A DNA stretch of 64,000 bases, taken from the NCBI GenBank assembly GCA_009778915.1, contig WRFH01000004.1, forward strand, positions 37,390-101,389, read 5' to 3'. Each line of letters opens with the position of its first letter. Positions within the stretch are counted from its first letter, which is position 1. The notes beneath the pieces were generated by a model. It was not told the origin of the DNA and made no database searches. It saw nothing but the letters and a program-made list of their open reading frames with translations. This document shows, piece after piece, positions 28,088 to 37,548 of this stretch. Origin of the DNA: Elusimicrobiota bacterium. GTDB lineage: Bacteria > Elusimicrobiota > Elusimicrobia > Elusimicrobiales > Elusimicrobiaceae. A program made the position numbers and the translations under genes.

Positions 28088-28098
28088 CGCACCATTTG
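28088..28098 (+). repeat. attR core
   Basis: CGCACCATTTG identical to 7180-7190. Confidence 0.8.
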
Positions 28099-28376
28099 CC
28101 ACTGGCATCTTATAAAATATGGCGTTTTTGTATGGGGTTTGGAATTTGTCGTCATGGATTCTTGTGAATTTGCCTAGTAGGTGCCTTGTATATCCTATAT
28201 ATGTTTAAATTATTGGTCTTTTAGAGGTAAAGTAACCTGTGTCTGTTTTCAGGTATACTAACAAGGGCTTAGTTTATGGTTATTAAACTATGTACTTCCG
28301 TAATTTATATTGGTAACCATATTTTTGCTCCTGCTCTTTGAAGTTTGTGAGTATAGGTTAAAGTTTTTAATTCCTT
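28088..28376 (-). pseudogene. Degenerate copy of element left end including a frameshifted recombinase 3' end
   Basis: Aligns with 7180-7475; translates KELKTLTYTH-NFKEQEQKYGYQY vs KDLKTLAYTHLNFKEQEQKWGYKY. Confidence 0.8.
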
Positions 28377-28537
28377 GTCCTAATATTAATCTTTTTTATG
28401 TTATAATCTTAATTGACTAATTATAATGTATACAAAAGGAGCCGCATATGATTAGCAGTTTATTGACAGGGTTTCCGGGATACGGCGCGGCTTTTTGGGC
28501 GCAGGCGGCGGACCGCCCTGTGCCGGGGAAATAGCGC

Positions 28538-31009
28538 GTGAGGATAACTATCAAGATACCCAAAGCCATTGCGGCAAAGGTTTTAGCCGCGGTTTTTTTA
28601 TGCTGCGCGGCGAACGCGGCGCAAGCCTTGGACAGAACGCTCACGGCAGATGATACAACTTTATTCAATCAATATATCGCCGATATCAACGCGTCGCCGG
28701 ACGCCTCAAATACTCTTACAATAACGGCCAGTCAGACTCTCACGGCATCCTTGACAGAGTTAACAAAGTCTACCACAATAGACGGTGTTTCGACGGATAC
28801 TGTAATTGACTTCAACGGAAATAATGGTCTTGAGCTCGGCACTACCGGCGCTGTGTATAATGTTAAAAATATAACATTCCAGGGAAATTTATCCGGCGTT
28901 TCCGTTTACGGAATTGCCGCTTTACCGTCGGGGCGGTTCGGCGCTCCGATTATCAATATAGATAATGTCATATTCCAAAATATCAATAACGACGCTGCCA
29001 CCGCGATATACGCCGGCGCCGCCGGCATTGAGTTTAATCTGACGTCCACGGGCGGCAGCACCATTATCAGGGATAATGTCGTCAGCAACGGCGTTCTGCC
29101 GGGGTTGGCGCCGATTGTCCTTTCAAGCGGCGGCTACATTACCGTCACGACAACAGGAAACCCGATTATTTTTGATAATAATACCGGTATTGAGTCCGGC
29201 GTAATAGTCCAATATTTTTCCTCATCCGAACTCTACGTCAAAGCCACGGACGGGGATGTTATTTTCAGCAATAACAAAGCCGTAAATCCCGGAGTGGCAT
29301 ATACGGCCGGAGCATTATTATGTTATACCAATACTCCCGTTGAACTCACCTCTTCCGCCGGCGGAAACATAGTCTTTGAAAATAATTACGCCAACGGCGC
29401 GTTAAATGACATTTTAATGTGGGGTCAGAGTCCTTCATACGGAAATCTGCTCATCAACGGCGACGCCGGCGACGTATTTATCGGAAGCGGCATCAGTTCG
29501 GCCGTAAATGCGCCGGCGGACATTGCCGGTATTATTATAACCAAAACGGGCAACGGCTCTTTAACCTTAGGCCCGGATTCCGTCAACGGAAACTATCTAG
29601 GCGTCTACGACCAAACCGGCGGGACTTTGACGGATTATTCAACCTCTTTTTTCGGCGGAACGAACAATATTTCCGACTCAACCGTCAATTTGCTCTCGCC
29701 TGTCAGCACTCTGACGCTAGGGACTGCTTTTAATGTTAACGGCGCGGGCGTGAACGCGATAAACGGCTCTACGACGACGTTTACCACCCCTGCGATGGAT
29801 GTTGTTGGTACAAATAACTTCGGGATTGACGTTAACGGCAAAACCGGAGCCTCCGACAGTTTCCAAATCGGCACATTAACCGGCACCGGCACCTTGAACC
29901 TGAGCGCGCTGAACGTGATAGGCGCGCCGACGGCGGCGCAGATTCCTTTCCAAGCGTTCGACGCGGGCAGCAACTCCGGCGTTTCTTTCGACACAACCGT
30001 TGGTCGGGTAGACACTCCGATTTATGCCTACGGCGTGCAGTCGAACGGCAACGGGCAGTACAGCCTTTTCCGGCTGCCGGGCATAGATACGAAAGCCCAG
30101 CGCGGACAGGCCGCGGCTTTGGCGGCGTATCAGAACCAGCTGGCCGTGACGGGCTATCTGTTTGACCACGTCTATCTGGACAGAGGCGGGCCTCAGGAAA
30201 GCCGCGCGGATTATGCGGGTTTGTCTTCGGGCGACGCTGCCGGACGGATGCCCGCGCTGTGGGGCAAAGCCTACGGACGGACGGGCAATATGAATTTGAC
30301 GCAGGGATACAAGGCGGACAACGACGCCTATGGTTTTATCGCCGGTATGGATTCGTCCGTAAAGGATGCTGGCGGCGGGTGGGACTTCATGCTGACACCC
30401 TATGCGGCCTATAACGGCGCGCGCCTTAAATACGACGGGATTACCGGATATCAGGACGGCGGCCAGGGAGGTTTGATGGGCGCGGCGTTCAAAGAGAATT
30501 TCACCGGCACGCTTCTTGCCTATGCGGGCGGTTATAACACGCGCATGACGCAGACGGACGATAATTACAGCAACTGGTTTGCGGGTACGGCCGTAAAGGG
30601 CGCGTATAATTTCTATCTGGCCGAGCGCAATATCATACAGCCGACGTTGCGCGCGTCCTATGCCAAGTTCGGCCGCCAAGAATGGCGCGCCGGATGGGGA
30701 GATGTGAATATGTTTGGCGGCAGCCTGGACGGCTGGACGCTGACTCCGGGGATGAACCTGTTTTACGAGCGCGGCGGCTGGGACGCTTACATCACCGCGG
30801 GCTATGTGTTCAATTTTGACGGCAAGGCGGGCGGCAGCGTAGAGTCCGCGCCGCTGCCTGAAATGGCGCTGCGGAACAACTACGCGGAATACGGCGTCGG
30901 GATGAACTACCGCTGGAACGCGGATTTGACAAGTATGGCGCAGATTACCGGCACCGGCGGCGGCCTCAACAGCGTAGGCTTGCAGGCGGGAATGTCGTGG
31001 AGGTTTTAG
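28538..31009 (+). CDS. Autotransporter (beta-helix-like passenger + C-terminal beta-barrel)
   Basis: Signal peptide, N/G/T-rich passenger with FxxN repeats, LWGKAYG barrel start, terminal WRF. Confidence 0.85.
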   Translation: MRITIKIPKAIAAKVLAAVFLCCAANAAQALDRTLTADDTTLFNQYIADINASPDASNTLTITASQTLTASLTELTKSTTIDGVSTDTVIDFNGNNGLELGTTGAVYNVKNITFQGNLSGVSVYGIAALPSGRFGAPIINIDNVIFQNINNDAATAIYAGAAGIEFNLTSTGGSTIIRDNVVSNGVLPGLAPIVLSSGGYITVTTTGNPIIFDNNTGIESGVIVQYFSSSELYVKATDGDVIFSNNKAVNPGVAYTAGALLCYTNTPVELTSSAGGNIVFENNYANGALNDILMWGQSPSYGNLLINGDAGDVFIGSGISSAVNAPADIAGIIITKTGNGSLTLGPDSVNGNYLGVYDQTGGTLTDYSTSFFGGTNNISDSTVNLLSPVSTLTLGTAFNVNGAGVNAINGSTTTFTTPAMDVVGTNNFGIDVNGKTGASDSFQIGTLTGTGTLNLSALNVIGAPTAAQIPFQAFDAGSNSGVSFDTTVGRVDTPIYAYGVQSNGNGQYSLFRLPGIDTKAQRGQAAALAAYQNQLAVTGYLFDHVYLDRGGPQESRADYAGLSSGDAAGRMPALWGKAYGRTGNMNLTQGYKADNDAYGFIAGMDSSVKDAGGGWDFMLTPYAAYNGARLKYDGITGYQDGGQGGLMGAAFKENFTGTLLAYAGGYNTRMTQTDDNYSNWFAGTAVKGAYNFYLAERNIIQPTLRASYAKFGRQEWRAGWGDVNMFGGSLDGWTLTPGMNLFYERGGWDAYITAGYVFNFDGKAGGSVESAPLPEMALRNNYAEYGVGMNYRWNADLTSMAQITGTGGGLNSVGLQAGMSWRF

Positions 31010-31088
31010 AAGTTTTGTCAAGAAATTGAGCATTTGGTATTATAGAAGTTACAAGAAAGACCAGCCTTTTATCAACACGGGAATCATA

Positions 31089-31865
31089 ATGCTATATAAT
31101 GATTTGTTAAAATTTTCTTACAAGCGCCTAAAAGATTTCTTTAAAAATGTTTCCACCTTTGAAAATCAGTTTGAATGGACGGAATTTTCAAATATTTGTT
31201 ACAACAAAATGTACGGGAATAATTCTTACGAGCGTTTCTGTACCACCGCTGAACTAAGAAAAGAAATTCCGGAATTACCGGGCATGTGCAAAAAATGCAG
31301 AGAATATTTTTTGCATCCCCGCAATAAAAGCAAGGTTGTATATGACGTAATGATGGGAAGGTTGTTCGAAGATATTTTAATAGATTTTTTAAATTCACAG
31401 TGTAAAATTAAAGCGGCCAGGGCTGATAATCAAAACAAAAAATATCCCGATTGCATGATTTTAGGGAAGGACAAGGGGATATTGGCCTATTTCGAGGTAA
31501 AATACCACTGCGCTCCGTTTATTTTAGCCAACCAAAAGATTGGGCGTTATTGCTATGAAGGCAGCGCCACTTTAGACCAGAAAAAAATAATAAAGCAGTT
31601 AGAAATAATAGAATCCGATATTGACAGGCCGGTTTTTTACCTGCACTGGATAGACTATCCTTGTTTAAAGGGAGTTTTTTTTGAAACGTCTGAACAGATT
31701 AAAGATTATCTGTACAACCCCGATAACGTTTTCAAAAGACAACGCCGCGAGGGCGATAACGATAAAGGACCTCAGTCAGTATATCTCCATAAAGTATATT
31801 CCCCCCTGTTATCTATGGGCTCGTTTGAAGAGTTTGCGGAGAAAATCAAAGGACTGGAAAAATGA
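31089..31865 (+). CDS. Putative PD-(D/E)xK nuclease
   Basis: GRLFED...YPDCMIL...YFEVKY; overlaps the next gene; start may lie further upstream (31026). Confidence 0.65.
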   Translation: MLYNDLLKFSYKRLKDFFKNVSTFENQFEWTEFSNICYNKMYGNNSYERFCTTAELRKEIPELPGMCKKCREYFLHPRNKSKVVYDVMMGRLFEDILIDFLNSQCKIKAARADNQNKKYPDCMILGKDKGILAYFEVKYHCAPFILANQKIGRYCYEGSATLDQKKIIKQLEIIESDIDRPVFYLHWIDYPCLKGVFFETSEQIKDYLYNPDNVFKRQRREGDNDKGPQSVYLHKVYSPLLSMGSFEEFAEKIKGLEK

Positions 31866-33187
31866 TTACAATAAACGGGAAACAACTTCCGATACCTTCA
31901 TTTTTTATGATTTCCAACCTCGGCGGCGGCGCCAGCGACAAGTACCGCGAAGTCGTTTATATGGATTTGTACAAAAATATCCCGACACTCTTCAACTACT
32001 ATTATTTAACTCGTCCGGACTTTGCCACGAAATGGCTTAAACACCTGCCGGATTATGATTCAATGGCAAAATTTATAAAATACGTGCGGCAGGATATGAT
32101 AAATACGGATAAGTACATTTCCAAGAGCCATTCTCCGTCGGACGTAGACTATGAATCTATAGTTTATTTGTTAGATTCCGGCGCGGCTAATATAATAAAT
32201 AAGTTTGATAAAAACGCGTCTATAGAGCAAGTCAAGGAGCATCTGCTTAAGGAGCTTATCAACTATTATGACTTTGCTCACCGGTATAAATTTGATTTGA
32301 TTGTAGGCTTAGATATCGGCGGCAAATATACTTTTAAAGGCGAGGAAAGGCACACGCAAGAGATTATCGACAGAAATACCCAAATTAAAAAACAAAATGA
32401 TGAAATAAACTCTATGCTGCTGGAAGCGAGTATAAAATATTTAACCGCTCATAAAGATTATTATCCGAAAGTCTTGGCCACTGTCCACGGAGACACTCCA
32501 AAAGAATTCAGGGAATATACCGAAAAAATTTTGGCGTTAGAAAAAGAATATAACTATAAATTTTGGGGCTTTGCTTTAGGCGGCGTGGCAAATGCTAAGG
32601 GTAAGGATAAATCTTGGTTTAAATCTATGCCGGAGGGAATGTCCGCGAATACATTTCTTACCGCCGAGGCCGCGAAAATAGTAAAAAAAACCGCCGGGAA
32701 CAGATATATACACGTTTTAGGCGGCGGCGGGAAAGATAACATTCCCCTGATATCCTCCCAAGGCGCAGCATCTTTTGATACCTTTACTCCGGGCAGGAGA
32801 GCTTATGACGGAAATGACGCTTCCACAAAACTTGTTTTCAACAAAGATGCCGATGAGCACTTCTCAAAATATCTCATCGGGAAATATGATATAAATCTAA
32901 AGCCTATTAATAAAGATTGGGATTTTGATTATTATCCTTTAAATAAAATAAACGACGATATAGATTTATGCGGCTGCCCGGCCTGCCAATGTATAAAAGC
33001 ATTTGGAGAAATCAAAAAGTTGTACTCCCTCAGAAGAGAAGAAGATAATGAAGACTATTATTACGCCAGGCAGCTATGTAACGCTCATTCTATTTGGCAG
33101 CATGTAAGATTGTGCGAAATCGCGTCGAGAAAAAAATTTCTTAATTATTGTCTTACGTTCAGTCTTTTAATAATCTCTTTTTTATAA
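31862..33187 (+). CDS. Divergent tRNA-guanine transglycosylase-like protein (DpdA-like)
   Basis: LLDSGA, GLDIG, TVHG, ALGG, IHVLGGG, SFDT, Zn site CGCPAC...HS. Confidence 0.75.
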   Translation: MITINGKQLPIPSFFMISNLGGGASDKYREVVYMDLYKNIPTLFNYYYLTRPDFATKWLKHLPDYDSMAKFIKYVRQDMINTDKYISKSHSPSDVDYESIVYLLDSGAANIINKFDKNASIEQVKEHLLKELINYYDFAHRYKFDLIVGLDIGGKYTFKGEERHTQEIIDRNTQIKKQNDEINSMLLEASIKYLTAHKDYYPKVLATVHGDTPKEFREYTEKILALEKEYNYKFWGFALGGVANAKGKDKSWFKSMPEGMSANTFLTAEAAKIVKKTAGNRYIHVLGGGGKDNIPLISSQGAASFDTFTPGRRAYDGNDASTKLVFNKDADEHFSKYLIGKYDINLKPINKDWDFDYYPLNKINDDIDLCGCPACQCIKAFGEIKKLYSLRREEDNEDYYYARQLCNAHSIWQHVRLCEIASRKKFLNYCLTFSLLIISFL

Positions 33188-33918
33188 GAAGAATCCATCT
33201 CAAAACCTATAGATTTACGCCCAAGCTTAAGGGCGGCCAGGCAGGTTGTCCCGCTGCCTAAGAAAGGGTCTAAAACAGTGTCTCCTTTATCGGAAGACAT
33301 TGTTATTATTCTCTCAATCATGTCCAGCGGGTAAATCGTTGGGTGCTTAAGGTTGAGAGACTTCTTAGTCATATTATTAACGCGGTTAAAATACCATACG
33401 TCCGTCGGGTTCCTGCCCTTCCCCCCCGCCAGCCGCTTATCATTCTGGGTAATATAAGGAATACGGATTTTATCCAAATTAAACACATAATTTTTTATAT
33501 CCTTAACGCCCCAGACTATATTCTCATATCTGCCGGACAGCCTGTTGGTGCAATTCTGCATATTATTAAATGTCCAGGTTATTATATTCCGTATCTTAAA
33601 ATTCTCTTCCTTCATAATTTGATAACCGATAAACGGAAGAGGTAAAATTTCCCTGTCCTCCCCGTACGGGATGGGAGAAAGATTTAAGAAAAAACTGCCG
33701 TCGGGCTTCAGAACCCTGTATATTTCTTTTGTTATATCCTTTATAAGTTTTTTCCACTCGTCCAACGGAATCGTATCCAAATATTTGCCATAAGGTTTGC
33801 CGATATTATACGGCGGAGAAGTGACAACAAGACGCACGGAAGAATCCGGAACCTTTTTTATCAGCTTTCTGCAATCGCCGAAATCAACAAAAATATCCTT
33901 TGTCTTAATCATTTTCAA
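33145..33918 (-). CDS. N4C/N6A DNA methyltransferase (M2)
   Basis: TSPPYN, HPTIYP, DPFLGSGTT. Confidence 0.93.
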   Translation of the reverse strand: MKMIKTKDIFVDFGDCRKLIKKVPDSSVRLVVTSPPYNIGKPYGKYLDTIPLDEWKKLIKDITKEIYRVLKPDGSFFLNLSPIPYGEDREILPLPFIGYQIMKEENFKIRNIITWTFNNMQNCTNRLSGRYENIVWGVKDIKNYVFNLDKIRIPYITQNDKRLAGGKGRNPTDVWYFNRVNNMTKKSLNLKHPTIYPLDMIERIITMSSDKGDTVLDPFLGSGTTCLAALKLGRKSIGFEMDSSYKKEIIKRLNVRQ

Positions 33919-34684
33919 TCTTCTTTAATCTTTCATTTGCCATGTCCACATACTCGGGCACTATTTCATATCCCAAATAGTGCCTGTTTAGTTTTTTAGC
34001 CGCCGCGGCGGTAGTGCCGCTGCCCATAAACGGGTCTAAAACGATATCGCCCGGGTTGGTGCCCGCTAAAATTACTCTTTCAATCAATCTTTCGGGATAC
34101 TGGGCCGGGTGCGCGGTGCGCTCCAAAAAATTGCCGGAAATCATCGGAATACGCCAAACATCCGTCGGGTTTTTAAGCTGGGATTTATATCTGTCCGGCC
34201 TGTAATTAAGAGACGGGATTTTAACGTCGTCCAGATTAAATTTATATTTTTTATTATTTTTTGTATACCAGAAAATAAATTCATATCTTGGCGCGAACCG
34301 CCTGTCCGTCGAGCCGCCCCAGTCAAAATTCCATATGATTAAATTTTTCAGATACATTTTTTTAAAAAATGTTTCCATCCAAAACGGCGTGATTACGGCG
34401 TTTCCGTCATATCTGTTTTTAATATTTATCCAAACAGAGCCGTCTTCTTTAAGGACTCTGAAACACTCGGCAAAAACTTTCTTCAGCATATTTCTGTATT
34501 CTTCTTCCGGCAGGAAATCTTTATATTTCCTGCCCTTGCTGGCAATTGTGCGCCCCGACTTAGTTTTATTGCCGTACTGAATATTTATATTATACGGGGG
34601 AGAAGTAACTATTAAATCAACGGATTTATCGGGTATTTCTTTCATTTCCTCGCTTGAGGATAAAAAAATCTTGTCTATTTTCAT
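33905..34684 (-). CDS. N4C/N6A DNA methyltransferase (M1)
   Basis: TSPPYN, HPAQYP, DPFMGSGTT. Confidence 0.93.
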   Translation of the reverse strand: MKIDKIFLSSSEEMKEIPDKSVDLIVTSPPYNINIQYGNKTKSGRTIASKGRKYKDFLPEEEYRNMLKKVFAECFRVLKEDGSVWINIKNRYDGNAVITPFWMETFFKKMYLKNLIIWNFDWGGSTDRRFAPRYEFIFWYTKNNKKYKFNLDDVKIPSLNYRPDRYKSQLKNPTDVWRIPMISGNFLERTAHPAQYPERLIERVILAGTNPGDIVLDPFMGSGTTAAAAKKLNRHYLGYEIVPEYVDMANERLKKIEND

Positions 34685-34888
34685 AATCTCGAACTTATAT
34701 AAATACGGGAATCTAATTATTGTTTATAAAACATTATACAATTATAAAAAAACAGGGTCAAGAATATTATAAGAAGTAAGTTTAACAATATTTTATTACG
34801 TCTGAACTATATTTTGCCCGCGAAAATATACGGGCGCTTTGTACTGAGCGCTTTTTTATACGCGGCTGCGGCATAGTTTGAAATTTTT

Positions 34889-35431
34889 TCAAACGCCGGC
34901 CGGCAGTTTGTCTTTCATTAATCTTCGGTAGTTTAGTTTTTTGCCGTCTGTTATAAAGGTGCCGTCGCCGACGGCGTGTATCACGCGCTTTTCTCTGCGC
35001 CCGCCGTTAACCCACGCGGCGGTTGCGTCCAGAACAAAAATATTGTGCTTTTTTATATGGTCAACAATTTTACATTCAATGTTTGCTATGCATTCTTTTA
35101 CCAGCGGCGCTTTTACCGTAGAAGCGGGCAGCGGAGTCAGATTAAATTTTTGGAATTTGTCCGTGTCCGCGCCCGTGCAGTCCCCGATACGCACGACAGT
35201 TTCGGCTATATCAACGGCGGGGATTGAGATGACGCACTCTTTGGTTTTTGTGAGAGCCTGATAGGAAAAATTCCACGGACCGGTCAGAATTGCAAACCTC
35301 GGCGTGAAATCCATAACCATATGCCAAGACAGCGTCATCATATTATTTTTGCCGTTATCAGACGTGGTTATCAGCACCACGGGCCCGGACTCCATTAAAG
35401 TAAAGGCCTTTTCTAACGTCAGTTTTTTCAT
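34889..35431 (-). CDS. Flavin reductase family protein
   Basis: GPVVLIT, NMMTLSW, DTDKF, APLVKECIANIEC. Confidence 0.85.
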   Translation of the reverse strand: MKKLTLEKAFTLMESGPVVLITTSDNGKNNMMTLSWHMVMDFTPRFAILTGPWNFSYQALTKTKECVISIPAVDIAETVVRIGDCTGADTDKFQKFNLTPLPASTVKAPLVKECIANIECKIVDHIKKHNIFVLDATAAWVNGGRREKRVIHAVGDGTFITDGKKLNYRRLMKDKLPAGV

Positions 35432-35575
35432 ATTTCCCCCTTTAACGACAATAAATATTTTACAAATTATTTTCTATAATCCCGTTGATATATTTGAGGG
35501 TGATTTGCATAATAGACATTTCCCCCCACCCTGAAAGGATGAGGGGAAAAATTTTAGGATGTTGTACTATGTTCT

Positions 35576-36142
35576 CTATACTTCCCAACTTTTGGAAAAC
35601 TCTCTGTCCCTGAAAAGCGCGGCCAGGCCGGTTATTTGTTTTAACCTTAAAATCTCGTCGGCGGACATGCCCAGGTGCTGGCTTATCCAGTGGTCGCTCT
35701 TTCCCATTTCCGTCAGCTCGGCCACTATGTTGCTCATCAGGTCTACGTTGTGGGAGCCGCGCGCGCGGTTGTGGCGGATTGTGGACGCCATGCGTTCGCC
35801 TATCGGCTTTTCTATGACGGCGCACGGCAGGCGGCCGTGTTCGCGCTCGTAAATATCTTTGTATTTAAGCATAACCGAATAACGGTGGAAGCCGTCCACA
35901 ATTTCATACATATCGTCTTTTTTGTGATAGTAGACGACTATGGGCATTGTGTAACCGTCTTCTTTTATACTGTCGTACAAAAGCGCCATTTCCGGCGGCG
36001 CGACGGTGTTGGGGTTATACTCGTTGGCCCGTACTTTTTCTACGGGGATGGATTTTATTTCATAGACAGGACTTCTGTACAACTCACGTCTGCCGGCAAC
36101 TTTGCTTGTGCCGGACCCACTGAGTTTCTTCATTTTTTGCAC
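35576..36142 (-). CDS. ParB-like protein, IbrB family
   Basis: ANEYNPNTVAPPEMALL, DGYTMPIV, VDGFHR, STIRHNRARG. Confidence 0.88.
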   Translation of the reverse strand: MQKMKKLSGSGTSKVAGRRELYRSPVYEIKSIPVEKVRANEYNPNTVAPPEMALLYDSIKEDGYTMPIVVYYHKKDDMYEIVDGFHRYSVMLKYKDIYEREHGRLPCAVIEKPIGERMASTIRHNRARGSHNVDLMSNIVAELTEMGKSDHWISQHLGMSADEILRLKQITGLAALFRDREFSKSWEV

Positions 36143-36146
36143 CCAC

Positions 36147-37451
36147 TTATATTTTGTTGTATTTCTCTATAAGTTCTTTCATTCTTTCTCTCTGCTTTTT
36201 TGTCTGCGAGAAAGAAAGCGACCTGCACAACTGGTCATTTTTTAAAATGCAGATTGCCATTCTGCGCCAGGTAGGGGCTATTCGCTTAACCTCCAGCCTG
36301 GAATTTATTGTATCCGGAATATATTTGAAAATAACAAGCGGCAGGCCCTTTCTGCCTCTTGTCGAAAAGCCGTTGAACGTTATTGCTCCGTTCGGCAGCA
36401 GTTTATAATATTCTTCCGGAATGACTGACCCCATGCGGTGCCAGTAGCGTATAAATTTAACAAATTTGTGTTTATAATTGGTTGCCAGCTCCGACGGCAG
36501 GCTGGCAAGCAGCAATTTTGTATATGTTTTCCACGTGTGCCCTTTGGGTAGTTTGACGTTTCTGTACCCCAGAATGCTGTTGCCGGCGTATATGTTGCCG
36601 AAGTTGGCGCCGCTTACCCTGTTCACCACTTTTACCCACGTCGCCGGCTCTATCACGCGGAAAAGGTTTAATCCTATGCGCTGGTCGTCGCCGAACGGCT
36701 GGCATATTCTCTGCGCGGACAGCGCGACGCCGGCCTTGTAAAACATATCGTAAAGTTTGTTGTAATCCCAGTCCTGTTTAGCGTTTGCTACCCATACGTC
36801 TTCCGTCGTCCAGTCATAAATAGGATAGCAGTTGTACAGCTTTTCCTTTCCGGGTATTTTTGTAGTCCAGTTAAGGTTGCTCAGCATTTCTTTATGCTTG
36901 ACGGCTATGGTTCTGAAACGGTTAAAACTTTCGTTCGAACGTATGCCTATGAGACACGCCGTTTTCTTCCCCCCCGCGTACCATTTGCCGAACTGCACGA
37001 CGAATTCCTCAAATTCCATATGCTTGCGGAAAAACGGAAACGGATGGTGCTTTTCCGTAATGCACGGGTAATTCGGATATTCCCTTATCCATTTATCGCG
37101 CTGCCTGAGGTCCCACGGCGTCCAAAAAGGCTCGTAAACACTGACGGCGTTACGCAGGTTAAGCGGCAGGCAGCACCAAAAAACTTCAAACAAATCCGAA
37201 TTTTTCTTAAATGTTTCGATAATAAAATCTATCGTCAGGTTATACTGCCCTTCCAGGTCGACAAACAAAATGCCTACTTTCTGTTTGATTTTATGCGCGC
37301 GCATATAATCGACGACAAGGTTAAGCATAACCCCGCTGTCTTTCCCGCCGGAAAACGAAAGATATATCTTTTGGAAATGATTAAATATATAATCAATTCT
37401 CTCACAGGCGGCCGTATAAACGTTTTTGTCTATATATCTTTTTATGCTCAT
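36147..37451 (-). CDS. PAPS-reductase-like DUF3440 protein, IbrA family
   Basis: SFSGGKDSG, GIRSNESFNR, YPIYDW, RICQPFG, RVSGAN, WRRMAICILKND. Confidence 0.88.
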   Translation of the reverse strand: MSIKRYIDKNVYTAACERIDYIFNHFQKIYLSFSGGKDSGVMLNLVVDYMRAHKIKQKVGILFVDLEGQYNLTIDFIIETFKKNSDLFEVFWCCLPLNLRNAVSVYEPFWTPWDLRQRDKWIREYPNYPCITEKHHPFPFFRKHMEFEEFVVQFGKWYAGGKKTACLIGIRSNESFNRFRTIAVKHKEMLSNLNWTTKIPGKEKLYNCYPIYDWTTEDVWVANAKQDWDYNKLYDMFYKAGVALSAQRICQPFGDDQRIGLNLFRVIEPATWVKVVNRVSGANFGNIYAGNSILGYRNVKLPKGHTWKTYTKLLLASLPSELATNYKHKFVKFIRYWHRMGSVIPEEYYKLLPNGAITFNGFSTRGRKGLPLVIFKYIPDTINSRLEVKRIAPTWRRMAICILKNDQLCRSLSFSQTKKQRERMKELIEKYNKI

Positions 37452-37548
37452 CCAATCTCTCAACGCGGGTAATGCTATTTAATTGTTGATATAAGAATAA
37501 TTTACTATAATTAAATTTATAAGATTAGTGCATAAGCACCTAAAAACT

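Larger units (their letters stand above)
7180..28098. mobile_element. Integrated serine-recombinase element (phage-satellite-like defence island) at the tRNA-Arg 3' end
   Basis: 11-bp direct repeat CGCACCATTTG at 7180-7190 and 28088-28098; recombinase, DUF2924, DUF5681, terminase, ParB-MTase; visibly AT-richer than flanks. Confidence 0.88.

Noticed and set aside
27919-28167. 82-aa plus ORF across attR
   Set aside because: TTG start with no SD, and it spans inverted repeats and a recombination junction.
29876-31033. 385-aa minus-strand ORF
   Set aside because: Antisense shadow of the GC-rich autotransporter barrel.
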